Source: an uncultured cyanobacterium (GTDB lineage Bacteria > Cyanobacteriota > Cyanobacteriia > Cyanobacteriales > CAWUOF01). From it: a DNA stretch of 64,000 nt. Made by a program: the position numbers and the translations under genes. Below, piece by piece: positions 8,548 through 19,277 of the stretch (the first letter of the stretch is position 1; each line of letters starts with the position of its first letter). The DNA is taken from contig CAVUSO010000001.1 in the NCBI GenBank assembly GCA_963744145.1, positions 2,976,001-3,040,000 on the forward strand, written 5' to 3'. The notes below the pieces were generated by a model. That model made no database searches, had not been told where the DNA came from, and saw only the letters and a program-made list of their open reading frames with translations.

Positions 8548-11500
8548 ATGATTACTATTACTAATTACGTCATTACTGAAAATCTCTATATTGGCAAAAA
8601 ATCAAAAATTTATCGGGGATACCGTCAATCTGATTCTGTCCCGGTAGTAATCAAAGTTTTGCATACCCAATATCCTCAGTTTCAAGAGCTAGTTATGCTC
8701 AGAAATGAATATAACTTGACTAAAAATCTCAATCTTCCTGGGATAATTAAATCTTATAGTTTGGCACCATATAATAATAGTTATGCAATTATTATGGAAG
8801 ATCTAGGTGGAATTTCTTTGCAGGAATATATTAGAACTAAAGTTTTAGATTTAGCGGAATTTTTAGCGATCGCGATTAAGATTGTCCAAATCTTAGCAAA
8901 TTTATATGAGGAAAGAGTTATTCATAAAGATATTAAACCTGCTAATATTTTAATTAATCCTGATACTAAAGAAATTAAATTAATTGACTTTAGTATTGCC
9001 TCACTTCTACCAAGAGAAACTCAATCTTTAAGTAGTATTAATAATTTAGAAGGAACTCTTGCTTATATTTCCCCAGAACAAACTGGGAGAATGAATCGCG
9101 GGATTGATTATCGAACTGATTATTATTCTTTAGGGGTAACTTTCTATGAATTACTGACAAGACAGTTACCTTTTACAGGGGATGATCCCATAGAAATAGT
9201 ACATTGTCATATTGCCAAACAACCACCTTTGGTCAATGAAATTAATCCCAAGATTCCCCCTGTAATTGCTCAGATTGTTGAGAAATTAATGGCTAAAAAT
9301 CCAGAAAAGCGTTATCAAAGTGCATTGGGTTTACAATATGATTTGGAAAAATGTCTAGAGCAACTACAACTAACTGAGCAAATTCCAGAATTTCCAATTG
9401 GGACAAGAGATGTAAGCGATCGCTTTATCATCCCAGAAAAATTATATGGTAGAGCAGAGGAAGTTGAGCAACTATTAGCAGCTTATGAACGGGTAGCATC
9501 TGGGAGCGAAACAGAAACTGGATGGAAAAATCGGGAAATAATTTTAGTTTCAGGTTATTCAGGAATTGGTAAGAGTGCGCTAATTAGTGAAGTTCATAAA
9601 CCAATTGTCAAGAACAGAGGTTATTTTATCAAAGGGAAGTTTGATCAATTTAATCGTAACATTCCTTTTAGTGCTTTTGTCCAAACCCTGCGAGACTTAA
9701 TGGGACAATTACTGAGTGAAACTGATCAACAGTTAGCACAGTGGAAAACCAAAATTTTGACCGCATTAGGTGAAAATGGACAAATAATTATTGAAGTGAT
9801 TCCGGAACTCGAGAAAATAATTGGTAAACAACTACCAGTACCAGAATTATCAGGAATAGAAGCTCAAAATCGGTTTAATTTATTATTCCAAAAATTTATT
9901 GAAATATTTACAGCTAAAGAGCATCCTCTGGTCATATTTTTAGATGATTTACAATGGGCAGATTTAGGCTCATTACAGTTAATAAAATTGCTAATGAGTG
10001 AATCAAAGGTAGGATATTTACTATTAATTGGTGCTTACCGAGATAATGAAGTATCCCCGAGTCATCCTTTGATATTAGCTTTAGAAGAGATGAAAAAAGC
10101 ATCAGCCATAATTAATACTATTAATTTAGCTCCCCTAAGTCTTTTAAGTTTAAATCAATGGATATCTGATTTGCTTAATGCTGATTTGGAAATAGCTCGA
10201 CCATTGACAGAATTAATCTTGAAAAAAACTCAAGGAAATCCATTTTTTAGTATTCAATTCTTGAAAGCATTATATGAATATGGATTAATTAAATTTGATT
10301 TAGATCAAGGATATTGGCAATGCGATCTTGCTCAAGTCAAAGTGTTAGCTCTGACTGATAACGTAGTAGAATTTATGGCTATGCGCTTACAGGAATTACC
10401 TGAAGCAACACAAAATGTCTTGAAGTTAGCAGCTTGTGTGGGAAATCAATTTGATTTAGCGACTTTAGCAATTGTATCTAAACAATCAGAAATAGAAACA
10501 GCTACAGCTTTATGGAAAGCATTACAAGAAGAATTCATTATTCCTAAAAATGAAGTTTATAAGTTCTACTTAGGACAAGAAACATTAGAATTACAATCAG
10601 ATCCAGAGCCAGGAGAATATAAATTTTTGCATGATCGGATTCAACAAGCAGCTTATTCATTAATTCCTGAACTAGAACGAGCGATCGCTCACTATCAAAT
10701 TGGCAAATTACTATTAGAACAAATGTCTCCTACCGCGCTCGAGGAGCAAATATTTGAAGTAGTTAATCAGCTAAATTATGGAATTGAATTAATTACTAAT
10801 CAAACTGAGCGAGATCAACTAGCACAATTAAATCTTTTTGCTGTTGAGAAAGCTAGCACAGCAACTGCTTATCAAGCAGCGCTTGGATATATAGAAAAAG
10901 GGTTAATTTTACTTGGTAATGAAGCTTGGGATAGACAATATGAGACAACTTTGAAATTACAACAAATCGCAACAGAATTAACCTTCCTTTGTGGTGAATT
11001 TGACCAAATGGAAACTTGGTTTAATTCAGTGATTACTCATGCTATAATTCCGCGAGATCAAGTAGAAGTTTATATCGTAAAAATTCAGGGATTAATCTCT
11101 CAAAATCGACTGATAGAAGCAATTAATAATGGTGTAGTAATTCTCACAAAATTGGGAGTTGAATTAATTGAAAATCCTACCTATCAGGATATTAAACAAG
11201 TAATTCAAGAACTTAATATCTTAGTTGGCGATCGCCCAATAGCAGACCTATTTCATCTGAATAAAATGACCGATTTAGACCAACTAGCGATCGTCAAACT
11301 TGCTGCAATTATTATGCCCGCTTGCTATCATGCTGGATCAGGTTTGTTTCCAATTTTGATCACTTTACAGGTAAAGTTATCTTTACAGTATGGTAATAGT
11401 CCAACTTCATCTCTAAGTTATGCAGCATATAGTATTTGCTTAATTAACCTGACTGATAATATTCCAGAAGCTATGCAATTTACTCAATTAGCATCTCGTC

Positions 11501-13989
11501 TAGCTAATGAACCAGATGCAAAAAAAATTCGCGCGGAAACTTTTTTGGTGATTGGATTATTTTTACACCATCGTCAGTTTGCACTACGGGAAACTTTACC
11601 GACTTTTCCCATAGCTTATCAAAATCACATTGAATTAGGTCAGTTAGATAAAGCTGGACTTAGTATAAATGGATTTTGCATGAATTCTTACTGGTCTGGT
11701 CAAAATTTAGCAGAATTAGCACCCCAAATTTTCAGCTATTATCAGCAACTGTTTGATTTAAAGCAGACAATATCAGCAAACTATTGTTTGGTGTATTGGG
11801 AAACCACACTATTTTTGTTAGGTAATCCTGACCAGATTGAACTTTCTTTTGACGATCTTAGTGCTGAAGAAAAAATGGTAGCTGAGTGTCTTAGCTCTCA
11901 TGATATGTCGAGAGGATTTTTCTTTTATTTACACAGAGCAATGCTAAGATTTTTAATATTAGATATTCAATCAGCTCGAAGAGATGTCATTCAAGCTAGA
12001 CAATATCTTACCGGAGTGAAAGGGTTTGTTTGTGAAGCTGGATTATATTTTTATGACTCACTGATTCATCTTGCTGATCAGAGTGAATTAGAAACTAAAT
12101 TAGAGCAAATCCAAGCAAATCAAACGAAATTAAATCATTGGTCTGAATATGCACCGATGAATTATTTGCACAAATGGCAATTAGTTGAAGCGGAAAGATA
12201 TCGAGTATTGGGAGATAAATTAGCTGCGATTGAGATGTATGAACAAGCGATCGCCGGTGCGAAAAATAACGGTTATGTTCAAGAAGAAGCTTTAGCAAAT
12301 GAATTAGCAGCTAAATTTTATCTAAATTGGGAGAAAGAGAAAATTGCGACCGCATATATGCAATCAGCATACTATTGTTATGCTCAGTGGGGGGCAAAAT
12401 GCAAAACAGATGATTTAGAAAAATGTTATCCCCACTTGCTTATTCCCATCATCCCATCTCCAAACAATCAAGTTAATGAACGAATGGGAACAATTTCCGA
12501 ATTACACTCTATCCGCCAGACTCATAGTAGCAATAGTTTTAGTTTTATTGACTATGATGCGATTATTAAAATGTCTTTAGCCCTATCAGGAGAAATTCAA
12601 ATTGAACAATTGCTGACGACTTTAGTGGAAATTATTATGGCTAATTCTGGAGCAGATAAATGTGCTTTAATTTTACTCAAAGACACTCAGTTATTTATTG
12701 AAGCAACGGGAATTTTTGGAGGAGAAACTACTACGGTGTTGCGATTGATCCCCCTAGAATCTAGTCAAGAGCTACCAGTTTCTCTCATTAAATATGTATA
12801 TAGAACTCAGACAAATGTCTTAATTAATCAAATCCAAAACAACTTTGTTAATGATCCTTATATTCAAAAACAAAAGCCCCCAAGTATATTATGTACTCCG
12901 ATTATTAAACAAGGAAAAATTATCGGGATTATTTATTTAGAAAATAGCCTAATTCAAGGAGTATTTAATTCTTCTCGTCTAGAAATGATTAATCTCTTAA
13001 CCGCTCAAGCAGCTATTTCCTTGGAAAATGCTCAACTTTATGGGAAATTAGAAGCTTATTCTTATACTTTAGAGCAAAAAGTTACAGAGCGGACTCAAGA
13101 GTTAAAAGAAAAAGCTACTCAGCTCGAACTAATTCTTCAAAAACTTTATACCACTCAATCCCAAATGATTCAAACTGAAAAAATGTCCAGCTTGGGTCAG
13201 CTAGTAGCAGGGATTGCTCATGAAATTAATAATCCAATTAGTTTTATTTCTGGTAATATTGATCATGCAAATGAATATATTATCACCTTAATTGAATTGA
13301 TTAAATTATACCAACAACTTGAATATCAACCGACTCTAGAGATTGCTGAAAAATTAGCAGAGCTTGACCTAGACTTTCTAATTTCTGACTTGCAAAAATT
13401 ATTAAATTCCATGAAAACTGGTAGCGATCGCGTCAAACAAATTGTCAATTCTCTCCGCAATTTTTCCCGGTTAGATGAATCCAAAATTAAATCTGTTGAT
13501 CTACACACAGGTATTGAAAGTACATTACTAATCCTACAACATCGATGCCAAGATGATAGTAAGTATCAGAAAATTAAAATAATTAAAGAATATGGTCAAC
13601 TTCCATTAGTTAAATGTTACGCATCGGAATTAAATCAGGTTTTTATGAATATCATCAATAATGCTATTGATACATTACATCAAGCAGATCAAGAGTTTTC
13701 TGAATGGAATCAAGAACCGACAATTAGGATTAATACGAGCATGAATGATCTCCAAACTGTGGTGATCATCAAAATTGCGGATAATGGGATGGGGATCAAA
13801 CCAGCTCTACTCACTAAAATTTTTGATCCCTTTTTTACCACTAAACCAGTGGGTCAAGGAACAGGATTAGGATTATCAATTAGTTACTCGATTATCGTGG
13901 AAAAACATCACGGTAAGTTAAGCTGTATTTCTCCTCCTGGGAGGGGAGCAGAATTTATCATTGAAATTCCCCTTTTTATTGACAATTAG
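8548..13989 (+). CDS. Giant Ser/Thr kinase - AAA ATPase - GAF - histidine kinase (kinase 1)
   Basis: HKDIKPANILI and DFSIA kinase motifs, P-loop GYSGIGKS, FLDDLQWAD, GAF ILCTPI...IYLEN, H-box AHEINNP, G-boxes DNGMGI and [15 protein letters not shown]. Confidence 0.95.
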   Translation: MITITNYVITENLYIGKKSKIYRGYRQSDSVPVVIKVLHTQYPQFQELVMLRNEYNLTKNLNLPGIIKSYSLAPYNNSYAIIMEDLGGISLQEYIRTKVLDLAEFLAIAIKIVQILANLYEERVIHKDIKPANILINPDTKEIKLIDFSIASLLPRETQSLSSINNLEGTLAYISPEQTGRMNRGIDYRTDYYSLGVTFYELLTRQLPFTGDDPIEIVHCHIAKQPPLVNEINPKIPPVIAQIVEKLMAKNPEKRYQSALGLQYDLEKCLEQLQLTEQIPEFPIGTRDVSDRFIIPEKLYGRAEEVEQLLAAYERVASGSETETGWKNREIILVSGYSGIGKSALISEVHKPIVKNRGYFIKGKFDQFNRNIPFSAFVQTLRDLMGQLLSETDQQLAQWKTKILTALGENGQIIIEVIPELEKIIGKQLPVPELSGIEAQNRFNLLFQKFIEIFTAKEHPLVIFLDDLQWADLGSLQLIKLLMSESKVGYLLLIGAYRDNEVSPSHPLILALEEMKKASAIINTINLAPLSLLSLNQWISDLLNADLEIARPLTELILKKTQGNPFFSIQFLKALYEYGLIKFDLDQGYWQCDLAQVKVLALTDNVVEFMAMRLQELPEATQNVLKLAACVGNQFDLATLAIVSKQSEIETATALWKALQEEFIIPKNEVYKFYLGQETLELQSDPEPGEYKFLHDRIQQAAYSLIPELERAIAHYQIGKLLLEQMSPTALEEQIFEVVNQLNYGIELITNQTERDQLAQLNLFAVEKASTATAYQAALGYIEKGLILLGNEAWDRQYETTLKLQQIATELTFLCGEFDQMETWFNSVITHAIIPRDQVEVYIVKIQGLISQNRLIEAINNGVVILTKLGVELIENPTYQDIKQVIQELNILVGDRPIADLFHLNKMTDLDQLAIVKLAAIIMPACYHAGSGLFPILITLQVKLSLQYGNSPTSSLSYAAYSICLINLTDNIPEAMQFTQLASRLANEPDAKKIRAETFLVIGLFLHHRQFALRETLPTFPIAYQNHIELGQLDKAGLSINGFCMNSYWSGQNLAELAPQIFSYYQQLFDLKQTISANYCLVYWETTLFLLGNPDQIELSFDDLSAEEKMVAECLSSHDMSRGFFFYLHRAMLRFLILDIQSARRDVIQARQYLTGVKGFVCEAGLYFYDSLIHLADQSELETKLEQIQANQTKLNHWSEYAPMNYLHKWQLVEAERYRVLGDKLAAIEMYEQAIAGAKNNGYVQEEALANELAAKFYLNWEKEKIATAYMQSAYYCYAQWGAKCKTDDLEKCYPHLLIPIIPSPNNQVNERMGTISELHSIRQTHSSNSFSFIDYDAIIKMSLALSGEIQIEQLLTTLVEIIMANSGADKCALILLKDTQLFIEATGIFGGETTTVLRLIPLESSQELPVSLIKYVYRTQTNVLINQIQNNFVNDPYIQKQKPPSILCTPIIKQGKIIGIIYLENSLIQGVFNSSRLEMINLLTAQAAISLENAQLYGKLEAYSYTLEQKVTERTQELKEKATQLELILQKLYTTQSQMIQTEKMSSLGQLVAGIAHEINNPISFISGNIDHANEYIITLIELIKLYQQLEYQPTLEIAEKLAELDLDFLISDLQKLLNSMKTGSDRVKQIVNSLRNFSRLDESKIKSVDLHTGIESTLLILQHRCQDDSKYQKIKIIKEYGQLPLVKCYASELNQVFMNIINNAIDTLHQADQEFSEWNQEPTIRINTSMNDLQTVVIIKIADNGMGIKPALLTKIFDPFFTTKPVGQGTGLGLSISYSIIVEKHHGKLSCISPPGRGAEFIIEIPLFIDN

Positions 13990-14012
13990 GTCTAAGCTAG
14001 GTTATGATAAAA
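13718..14012 (+). repeat. 295-bp direct repeat, left copy (kinase 1 3' end plus downstream)
   Basis: Matches 21287-21581 with only two mismatches seen by eye. Confidence 0.92.
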
Positions 14013-14060
14013 CCTAGGCTAGAATTCGTTTAAAAAGTATGGAGTTATTTAGGGGTTAGC

Positions 14061-15281
14061 TCAAAGATTTATTTTTTTTGACTGAGGGTTGACTGAGCAG
14101 TTCTGAATTTTGGCATAGATAGCAAGTGCAGCGATCGCAAACAGTGCCATCACACCAGACATAGCGTAGGTTGTGTGTCCGTCAAAGAAAAAGCCAATCA
14201 GCGCACTTGATATAGCACCTGCTAACATTTGCAGAAATCCAATTAATGCCGTAGCAATCCCAGTAGCCTCTGCTCCTACCATAAGTGCGCTAAAGATAGC
14301 ATTGGGTGGAATTAGTCCAGCACAGAATGTATTAATGATCAGGCATGGCATCAGTGTTGTCACCCCTGCCCAACCACTAACCGATAGGATGACAAGTGCA
14401 ACAGATGAGGTAGCAGAAAGCACTAACCCAACACTGAGCAAACGTGCCGATGATATCCCAAGGCTAGTCAAACGTCCATTGAGAAATGAGCCAGCCATAA
14501 TCCCGCAAGCAGTTAATGCGAAGAGTAAACCATAGGTTGTGGTCGAGATCCCTAAGACCTTGAGCATGACAAGTGGCGACCCCGCAACGTAAGCAAACAT
14601 ACACCCAAAAGTCAGAGCGTTGATCATCGCATAGCCTAGATAAATCGGATTACTGAGGAGCTGGATATAATTCCCTATTAACTGTCGTGGTTTTAGGGCA
14701 CTTAGATCTCGGCTTTTAATTGACTCACCCAGACCGATGGCCACAATCAGCACCAGGAGCATCCCGCCAACAGCCAGGAATCCATAGATTGCACGCCAAT
14801 TGGCGATCGCTAATATTGCCCCGCCAATTGTGGGTGCAATCATTGGTGCTATGGTCATTACTACGTTGACATAGGAGAGCTTGGTGCGAGCCGCTTGATC
14901 CTCAAACAGATCACGGATGATTGCCAGCATCAAAACCATCCCAGCACCTGCACCTGCGCCCTGAAATAAGCGACAAGCTATCAGTACATTTATTGATGGG
15001 GCAATAGTACCACCAATACTGGCCAGTGCAAAGAGGATGCAGCCTATGAGTAAAGCTGGTTTGCGTCCATAGTAATCGGAGAATGGACCAAAAATCAGTT
15101 GGGAGGTAGCGAACCCAAGCATAAACAGACTCAGGGTTAGCCCCACCGATCCACTTGATGCCTCCAGTGATGCACTAATCATTGGCAATGCTGGTAGTGC
15201 CATATCTATTGATAAAGGTGGCAGTGCGGCAATTATGCCAAAAAGCACGGTAAAGCTAATCGAGTTAGGGTTAATCCGCAT
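14061..15281 (-). CDS. Bcr/CflA-family MFS efflux transporter
   Basis: LPPLSIDMALPALP, GPFSDYYGRKP, RLFQG, AIIRDLF, APTIGG, WRAIY; 12-TM pattern. Confidence 0.92.
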   Translation of the reverse strand: MRINPNSISFTVLFGIIAALPPLSIDMALPALPMISASLEASSGSVGLTLSLFMLGFATSQLIFGPFSDYYGRKPALLIGCILFALASIGGTIAPSINVLIACRLFQGAGAGAGMVLMLAIIRDLFEDQAARTKLSYVNVVMTIAPMIAPTIGGAILAIANWRAIYGFLAVGGMLLVLIVAIGLGESIKSRDLSALKPRQLIGNYIQLLSNPIYLGYAMINALTFGCMFAYVAGSPLVMLKVLGISTTTYGLLFALTACGIMAGSFLNGRLTSLGISSARLLSVGLVLSATSSVALVILSVSGWAGVTTLMPCLIINTFCAGLIPPNAIFSALMVGAEATGIATALIGFLQMLAGAISSALIGFFFDGHTTYAMSGVMALFAIAALAIYAKIQNCSVNPQSKKINL

Positions 15282-15284
15282 ATT

Positions 15285-16499
15285 TTAATGTTGACTAAAG
15301 TGCGGATATGTGAAATGTCGATTTCCGATAAATTCTAATAGGCTCTTACCGTAATTCTGGAGAAGCTGATCAGAGAATAAATACTTGTGGTGAGCAGCAG
15401 CACTGATGTCACGATAACATTTCTGTAGCGCACTCTCCCGTAGCGCAACTCCATCGCTAGCCCGATAAGCAAATGTGCATACTTCTAATGCTACCTCATA
15501 CACATATCGGCTACTAAGTTGCGATAAGACCATTTGTGGGGAGCTAGCAACGCTGCCATTTTCTAAAGTACAGAAAACATCGTTCCATACTTCCAAGCTA
15601 AAGCTACGCGCCGATCGCATCTTGGCTTCAGTTAAGGCAAATTTCTCCTGAAAACTAGGCGAATTACTAATAAATTTGGACGATTCCTCTTTGACTACAG
15701 CGATCGCCGCCAGTTCATCCAAAGCTCTCCGTCCCACTCCTAAAGCGAAACCAGCATGAGCCAGGGAAAGTAAACCAGCCATCCCTAACTTATAAAGCCC
15801 TCCTCCACGCTTTGGCTCCGATTCATTGATTAAAAAGCTAAATGCTTCCGATTGGTATAGATTGCTAACCGAGAAATCAAAACTACCAGTACCTTGTAAA
15901 CCTAACACCCACCAATTATCACCAACAGTAATGGCATTTCGTGGGCAATAAAAAACCCGTTGTTCAGGGCAACCATTCGGTAGTAATCTAGGTCGATCTT
16001 CATCTATAACCGTGACTCCACAAAAAACATAATTTGCATGTGTAATACCACTGCCATAACTGTACTTGCCATTAATTAGGTATTGGTCTCTTTTCTGTAC
16101 TGCTTGTCCGCGATAACAAGCTCCGCTTCCAGCTACTACTAAGTCAACCGTATTGCCAAATATTTCTGCAACTGCATCATTTCCCAAAAATGCACCTGCT
16201 AGTGCTGTTTGTGCTACGCTATTTAACAGACACCAACCTGCCGATGCATGATGGTAAGAAATTTCCTCAATCACTTGGATAACTGTCAAAGGATCTACTT
16301 CAATACCCCCAATACTTTTCGGAACCAACATCCGGTAAAGTCCAGCTCCTTTCATGGTTGCAACGGTTTGATCAGTGAGATGCCGTTGTTGTTCGGCATT
16401 ACTCATTTCAGCCCGCAGAATTGGTGCAATTAACTTAGCATTTTCAATTAAATTTTGGCTGACTTTTTTTGATTGGATACCTGGTGATTCTAGTTGCAT
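15285..16499 (-). CDS. Acyl-CoA-dehydrogenase-fold flavin-dependent monooxygenase (aromatic hydroxylase, HsaA/IacA/NcnH-like)
   Basis: GLYRMLVPKSIGG, SAGWC, NGKYSYGSG..HA, DNWWVLGLQGTGSFD, LQKCYRD motifs; ATG 16499 (TTG 16511 possible). Confidence 0.85.
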   Translation of the reverse strand: MQLESPGIQSKKVSQNLIENAKLIAPILRAEMSNAEQQRHLTDQTVATMKGAGLYRMLVPKSIGGIEVDPLTVIQVIEEISYHHASAGWCLLNSVAQTALAGAFLGNDAVAEIFGNTVDLVVAGSGACYRGQAVQKRDQYLINGKYSYGSGITHANYVFCGVTVIDEDRPRLLPNGCPEQRVFYCPRNAITVGDNWWVLGLQGTGSFDFSVSNLYQSEAFSFLINESEPKRGGGLYKLGMAGLLSLAHAGFALGVGRRALDELAAIAVVKEESSKFISNSPSFQEKFALTEAKMRSARSFSLEVWNDVFCTLENGSVASSPQMVLSQLSSRYVYEVALEVCTFAYRASDGVALRESALQKCYRDISAAAHHKYLFSDQLLQNYGKSLLEFIGNRHFTYPHFSQH

Positions 16500-16556
16500 A
16501 AATTTTTCCAATATCTGCCTAAGTTTGCTATTGCTGATCTAATTGATCTATGTTAG

Positions 16557-17810
16557 TTAACCTAACTGAAACAGAATCCCTTCTATACCTACTCCTGGTG
16601 AAAATGAAAAGGCAATACCAGTTAATGGTGTCAGTTGTTTGTCGGATGACTTTTGAGTTTCATGATGGTGATTGTTCAATCCCACATATTCTTGATCATT
16701 AATAGGATAATCCTTATTCCTTCTTAATATCATACGTTGGAGTACAAACAGTACCGAGGGACTCAGCATATTGCCATATTGACGAAGGATCTCCCAACTA
16801 TCAGCCACTTGGCTATCACTCAGTCCAAGAGAAAGCTGTGACTTCTCAATAATGCGTGTCCCACCAGGATGAATAGCCCACAGATCAATATTTTCTTTTG
16901 TTAGTTTATGCTTTGCTAGAAAACGTTCAATAATTGGACCGACTCCAGTTTCAATGTAATCAGGTAATTGGCGTGATAACTTACAGGTAATTCCATTATC
17001 TTTTATGCCCAAAACAATACCATCTTTGGTCTGGGGAGCCAGGTAACTTAAGTGATCTTTAATGACGACTTTACCTTGACCGAATGCTTGCTGTTTTTCA
17101 ATCGCTCCGATTACCATTGCCGCACATCCATCGCCAAAAATACTATGAATAATTACATCTCCAATTTCATCTTCAAATACGGCGTTGACTGAACTCAATT
17201 CCAGACAGATTACCAGAGCTTTATGGGCTGGATGAGCTAGCACATGATTGCCCGCAACTAACAGTCCATTCATGGCAGCAGCACAACCCATAAAACTTAT
17301 TGTCACCCGAGCTGTATCTGGTCTGAGTTCGAGTTTCTCAATTAATTCTATATCTACTCCTGGTGCTACAAAACCTGTACTCGAAACAAAAACAATGAGA
17401 CGAATAGAATCAACAATGTTCTCCTGACTTACAGATGCCTCTTTAAGTGCTTGTCTAGCAACCCGTTCAGCCAGAGGAACAGCATACTTCTTATAAAGAT
17501 GCATCCGGAACTCAATATTACCTTGCTGTTGACTGAATGCTACTGTCTCATCACATAGTAAATTAACAGCCAAGTGTCTCGTCTCAATTCGAGTATTTTG
17601 GTAAAGCTTATCGATCCGGGTGCGATTTTGTTCTAAGTTAAGCAGGTTCGTAACAACTCTAGCTGCATCGGATTGTGGAATGATGTTCTCAGGAGTCCCA
17701 GTTGCGATACTTTTAATGATTGGAAAAAACTGCTTTGATTTCTGCATACTAGCTCGCAAAATAAATATTTTACTGAAATACGGGATACTGCGGGCACAGC
17801 TTCTTGTCAA
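16557..17810 (-). CDS. Type III polyketide synthase, Pks18-like (probable start ATG 17747)
   Basis: Cys-His-Asn triad in FMGCAAA, WAIHPGG and YGNMLS; ELSSVNAVF..IIHSIFGDGCAA resembles mycobacterial Pks18. Confidence 0.93.
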   Translation of the reverse strand: MTRSCARSIPYFSKIFILRASMQKSKQFFPIIKSIATGTPENIIPQSDAARVVTNLLNLEQNRTRIDKLYQNTRIETRHLAVNLLCDETVAFSQQQGNIEFRMHLYKKYAVPLAERVARQALKEASVSQENIVDSIRLIVFVSSTGFVAPGVDIELIEKLELRPDTARVTISFMGCAAAMNGLLVAGNHVLAHPAHKALVICLELSSVNAVFEDEIGDVIIHSIFGDGCAAMVIGAIEKQQAFGQGKVVIKDHLSYLAPQTKDGIVLGIKDNGITCKLSRQLPDYIETGVGPIIERFLAKHKLTKENIDLWAIHPGGTRIIEKSQLSLGLSDSQVADSWEILRQYGNMLSPSVLFVLQRMILRRNKDYPINDQEYVGLNNHHHETQKSSDKQLTPLTGIAFSFSPGVGIEGILFQLG

Positions 17811-19210
17811 ATCGAGTTGAATCCAACAAAACCTTCACTAATATATTTTAGTGACGTTAATAATTGTTGTGGATGAAGATGTTCCTTGAAAATGCCAAAG
17901 TTATTTTCTTTGGCGATTCTTGATGGACTAAATAAGTAATATTTAATCAAGGTTGGTAATCTGTCCAGAAAAAAGTTTTTTGGTGGTAACCAGACAATGT
18001 TAAATTTCTCCGCTTCCTCTTGGACAAGATCTTCACTGATAATATTGGCAAAGCCACTTTTTTGATATGGCAGTGTATGGTGTACACGGTGTGAAGCAAG
18101 GCCAGCCGACAAAAAGCAGTCAATGTACTTGTTGCCAATCATCGTCAAATCGTAGGCATTTTTAATTTGGAAGACTGCCCAATCTTGATTCTCTATAAGA
18201 TCGACTTTTGCTCCGGCTTCTTCTTCAAAATCGTGACTAGCAACAATCAGAAATGTGCCGATCCATAGAGTAATAAAAAATTGGATAAACCAAGCCCCTA
18301 AATCATCGTTTATCCAAAACAAAATTAACTCACTAAAAAGAAGTATCCGCATAGCAAAGAGACCAATATAATGGGGAATACTTTCTTGCCAAGAGCCATA
18401 TAAATCTTTAGGAACACCGAAATTGTATCCAAATAATAAGCTAATCGCTCGAAAAAACATTCCTGTCAGAACATGGGCTAATTTATGTAAAGTATGAAGT
18501 GGGATTCGATAGTAACGAGGCAGTTCTAGGATGGCGGTAAAAACATTTCTCTTGATGTCAGGTTCGCACTGAGTAAAAGGATGATGCATCAAAGTATGAC
18601 CATCCGTAACTACAAAAGCCATCGGCACGTAGTTGAGATCAAAAATGTGTGAAAATATTTTGTTGAGACCAACCTGTTTTCGATGAATTAGATAATGACC
18701 CGCACCTGAGAGCGAGATTCTTAACACCACCATTAGTGGAACAAACAGATAAATTGGCATATAGGACGTAAATTTTAATCGCAGCAATTCCACGAGGATA
18801 TACATCACGAACAAAATCGCGGTAATGACATCAAAAAGCAAGTCCATTTTCTCAATTCTTTTTGTCATTTCCTGCGTTTTTAGTCTGCTTTTGATCCGAT
18901 CAAGAAGTTGCTCCTTATTGTCGAAGTTAAACTTTGGTGTATCTCTCCAGCTATCAAATTTTTCCTTAAACAAAAATTCTGGAGCGCTATATTTAGGATG
19001 AACGTCATCAGGTACAGCTTTTCTTCCTAAAGCATATTTCTGGAGAATTTTCTTATTCTTCTCAATGTTGGGATGAAAAATATTAATCAATGTTGTAATA
19101 TCTCTATTTCTCATCCGTCCAATGAAGAAACCACCACCGGGATGCTGCTTGATAAAGTCAGATAGATCGTATGCTTCTCCCTCGTAAACCCATATATTAG
19201 ACATATTCAA
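17807..19210 (-). CDS. Cytochrome b5-fused membrane fatty-acid desaturase/hydroxylase
   Basis: N-terminal b5 motif YDLSDFIKQHPGG; His boxes HYLIH, HTLMHH, HRVHH; several TM helices. Confidence 0.88.
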   Translation of the reverse strand: MNMSNIWVYEGEAYDLSDFIKQHPGGGFFIGRMRNRDITTLINIFHPNIEKNKKILQKYALGRKAVPDDVHPKYSAPEFLFKEKFDSWRDTPKFNFDNKEQLLDRIKSRLKTQEMTKRIEKMDLLFDVITAILFVMYILVELLRLKFTSYMPIYLFVPLMVVLRISLSGAGHYLIHRKQVGLNKIFSHIFDLNYVPMAFVVTDGHTLMHHPFTQCEPDIKRNVFTAILELPRYYRIPLHTLHKLAHVLTGMFFRAISLLFGYNFGVPKDLYGSWQESIPHYIGLFAMRILLFSELILFWINDDLGAWFIQFFITLWIGTFLIVASHDFEEEAGAKVDLIENQDWAVFQIKNAYDLTMIGNKYIDCFLSAGLASHRVHHTLPYQKSGFANIISEDLVQEEAEKFNIVWLPPKNFFLDRLPTLIKYYLFSPSRIAKENNFGIFKEHLHPQQLLTSLKYISEGFVGFNSI

Positions 19211-19277
19211 TTGCTGCTGCTTCTAAGTGTTGTTATTTGTCAGGATTGGATGATTATTGAAAGAGCGCTAATATAGG

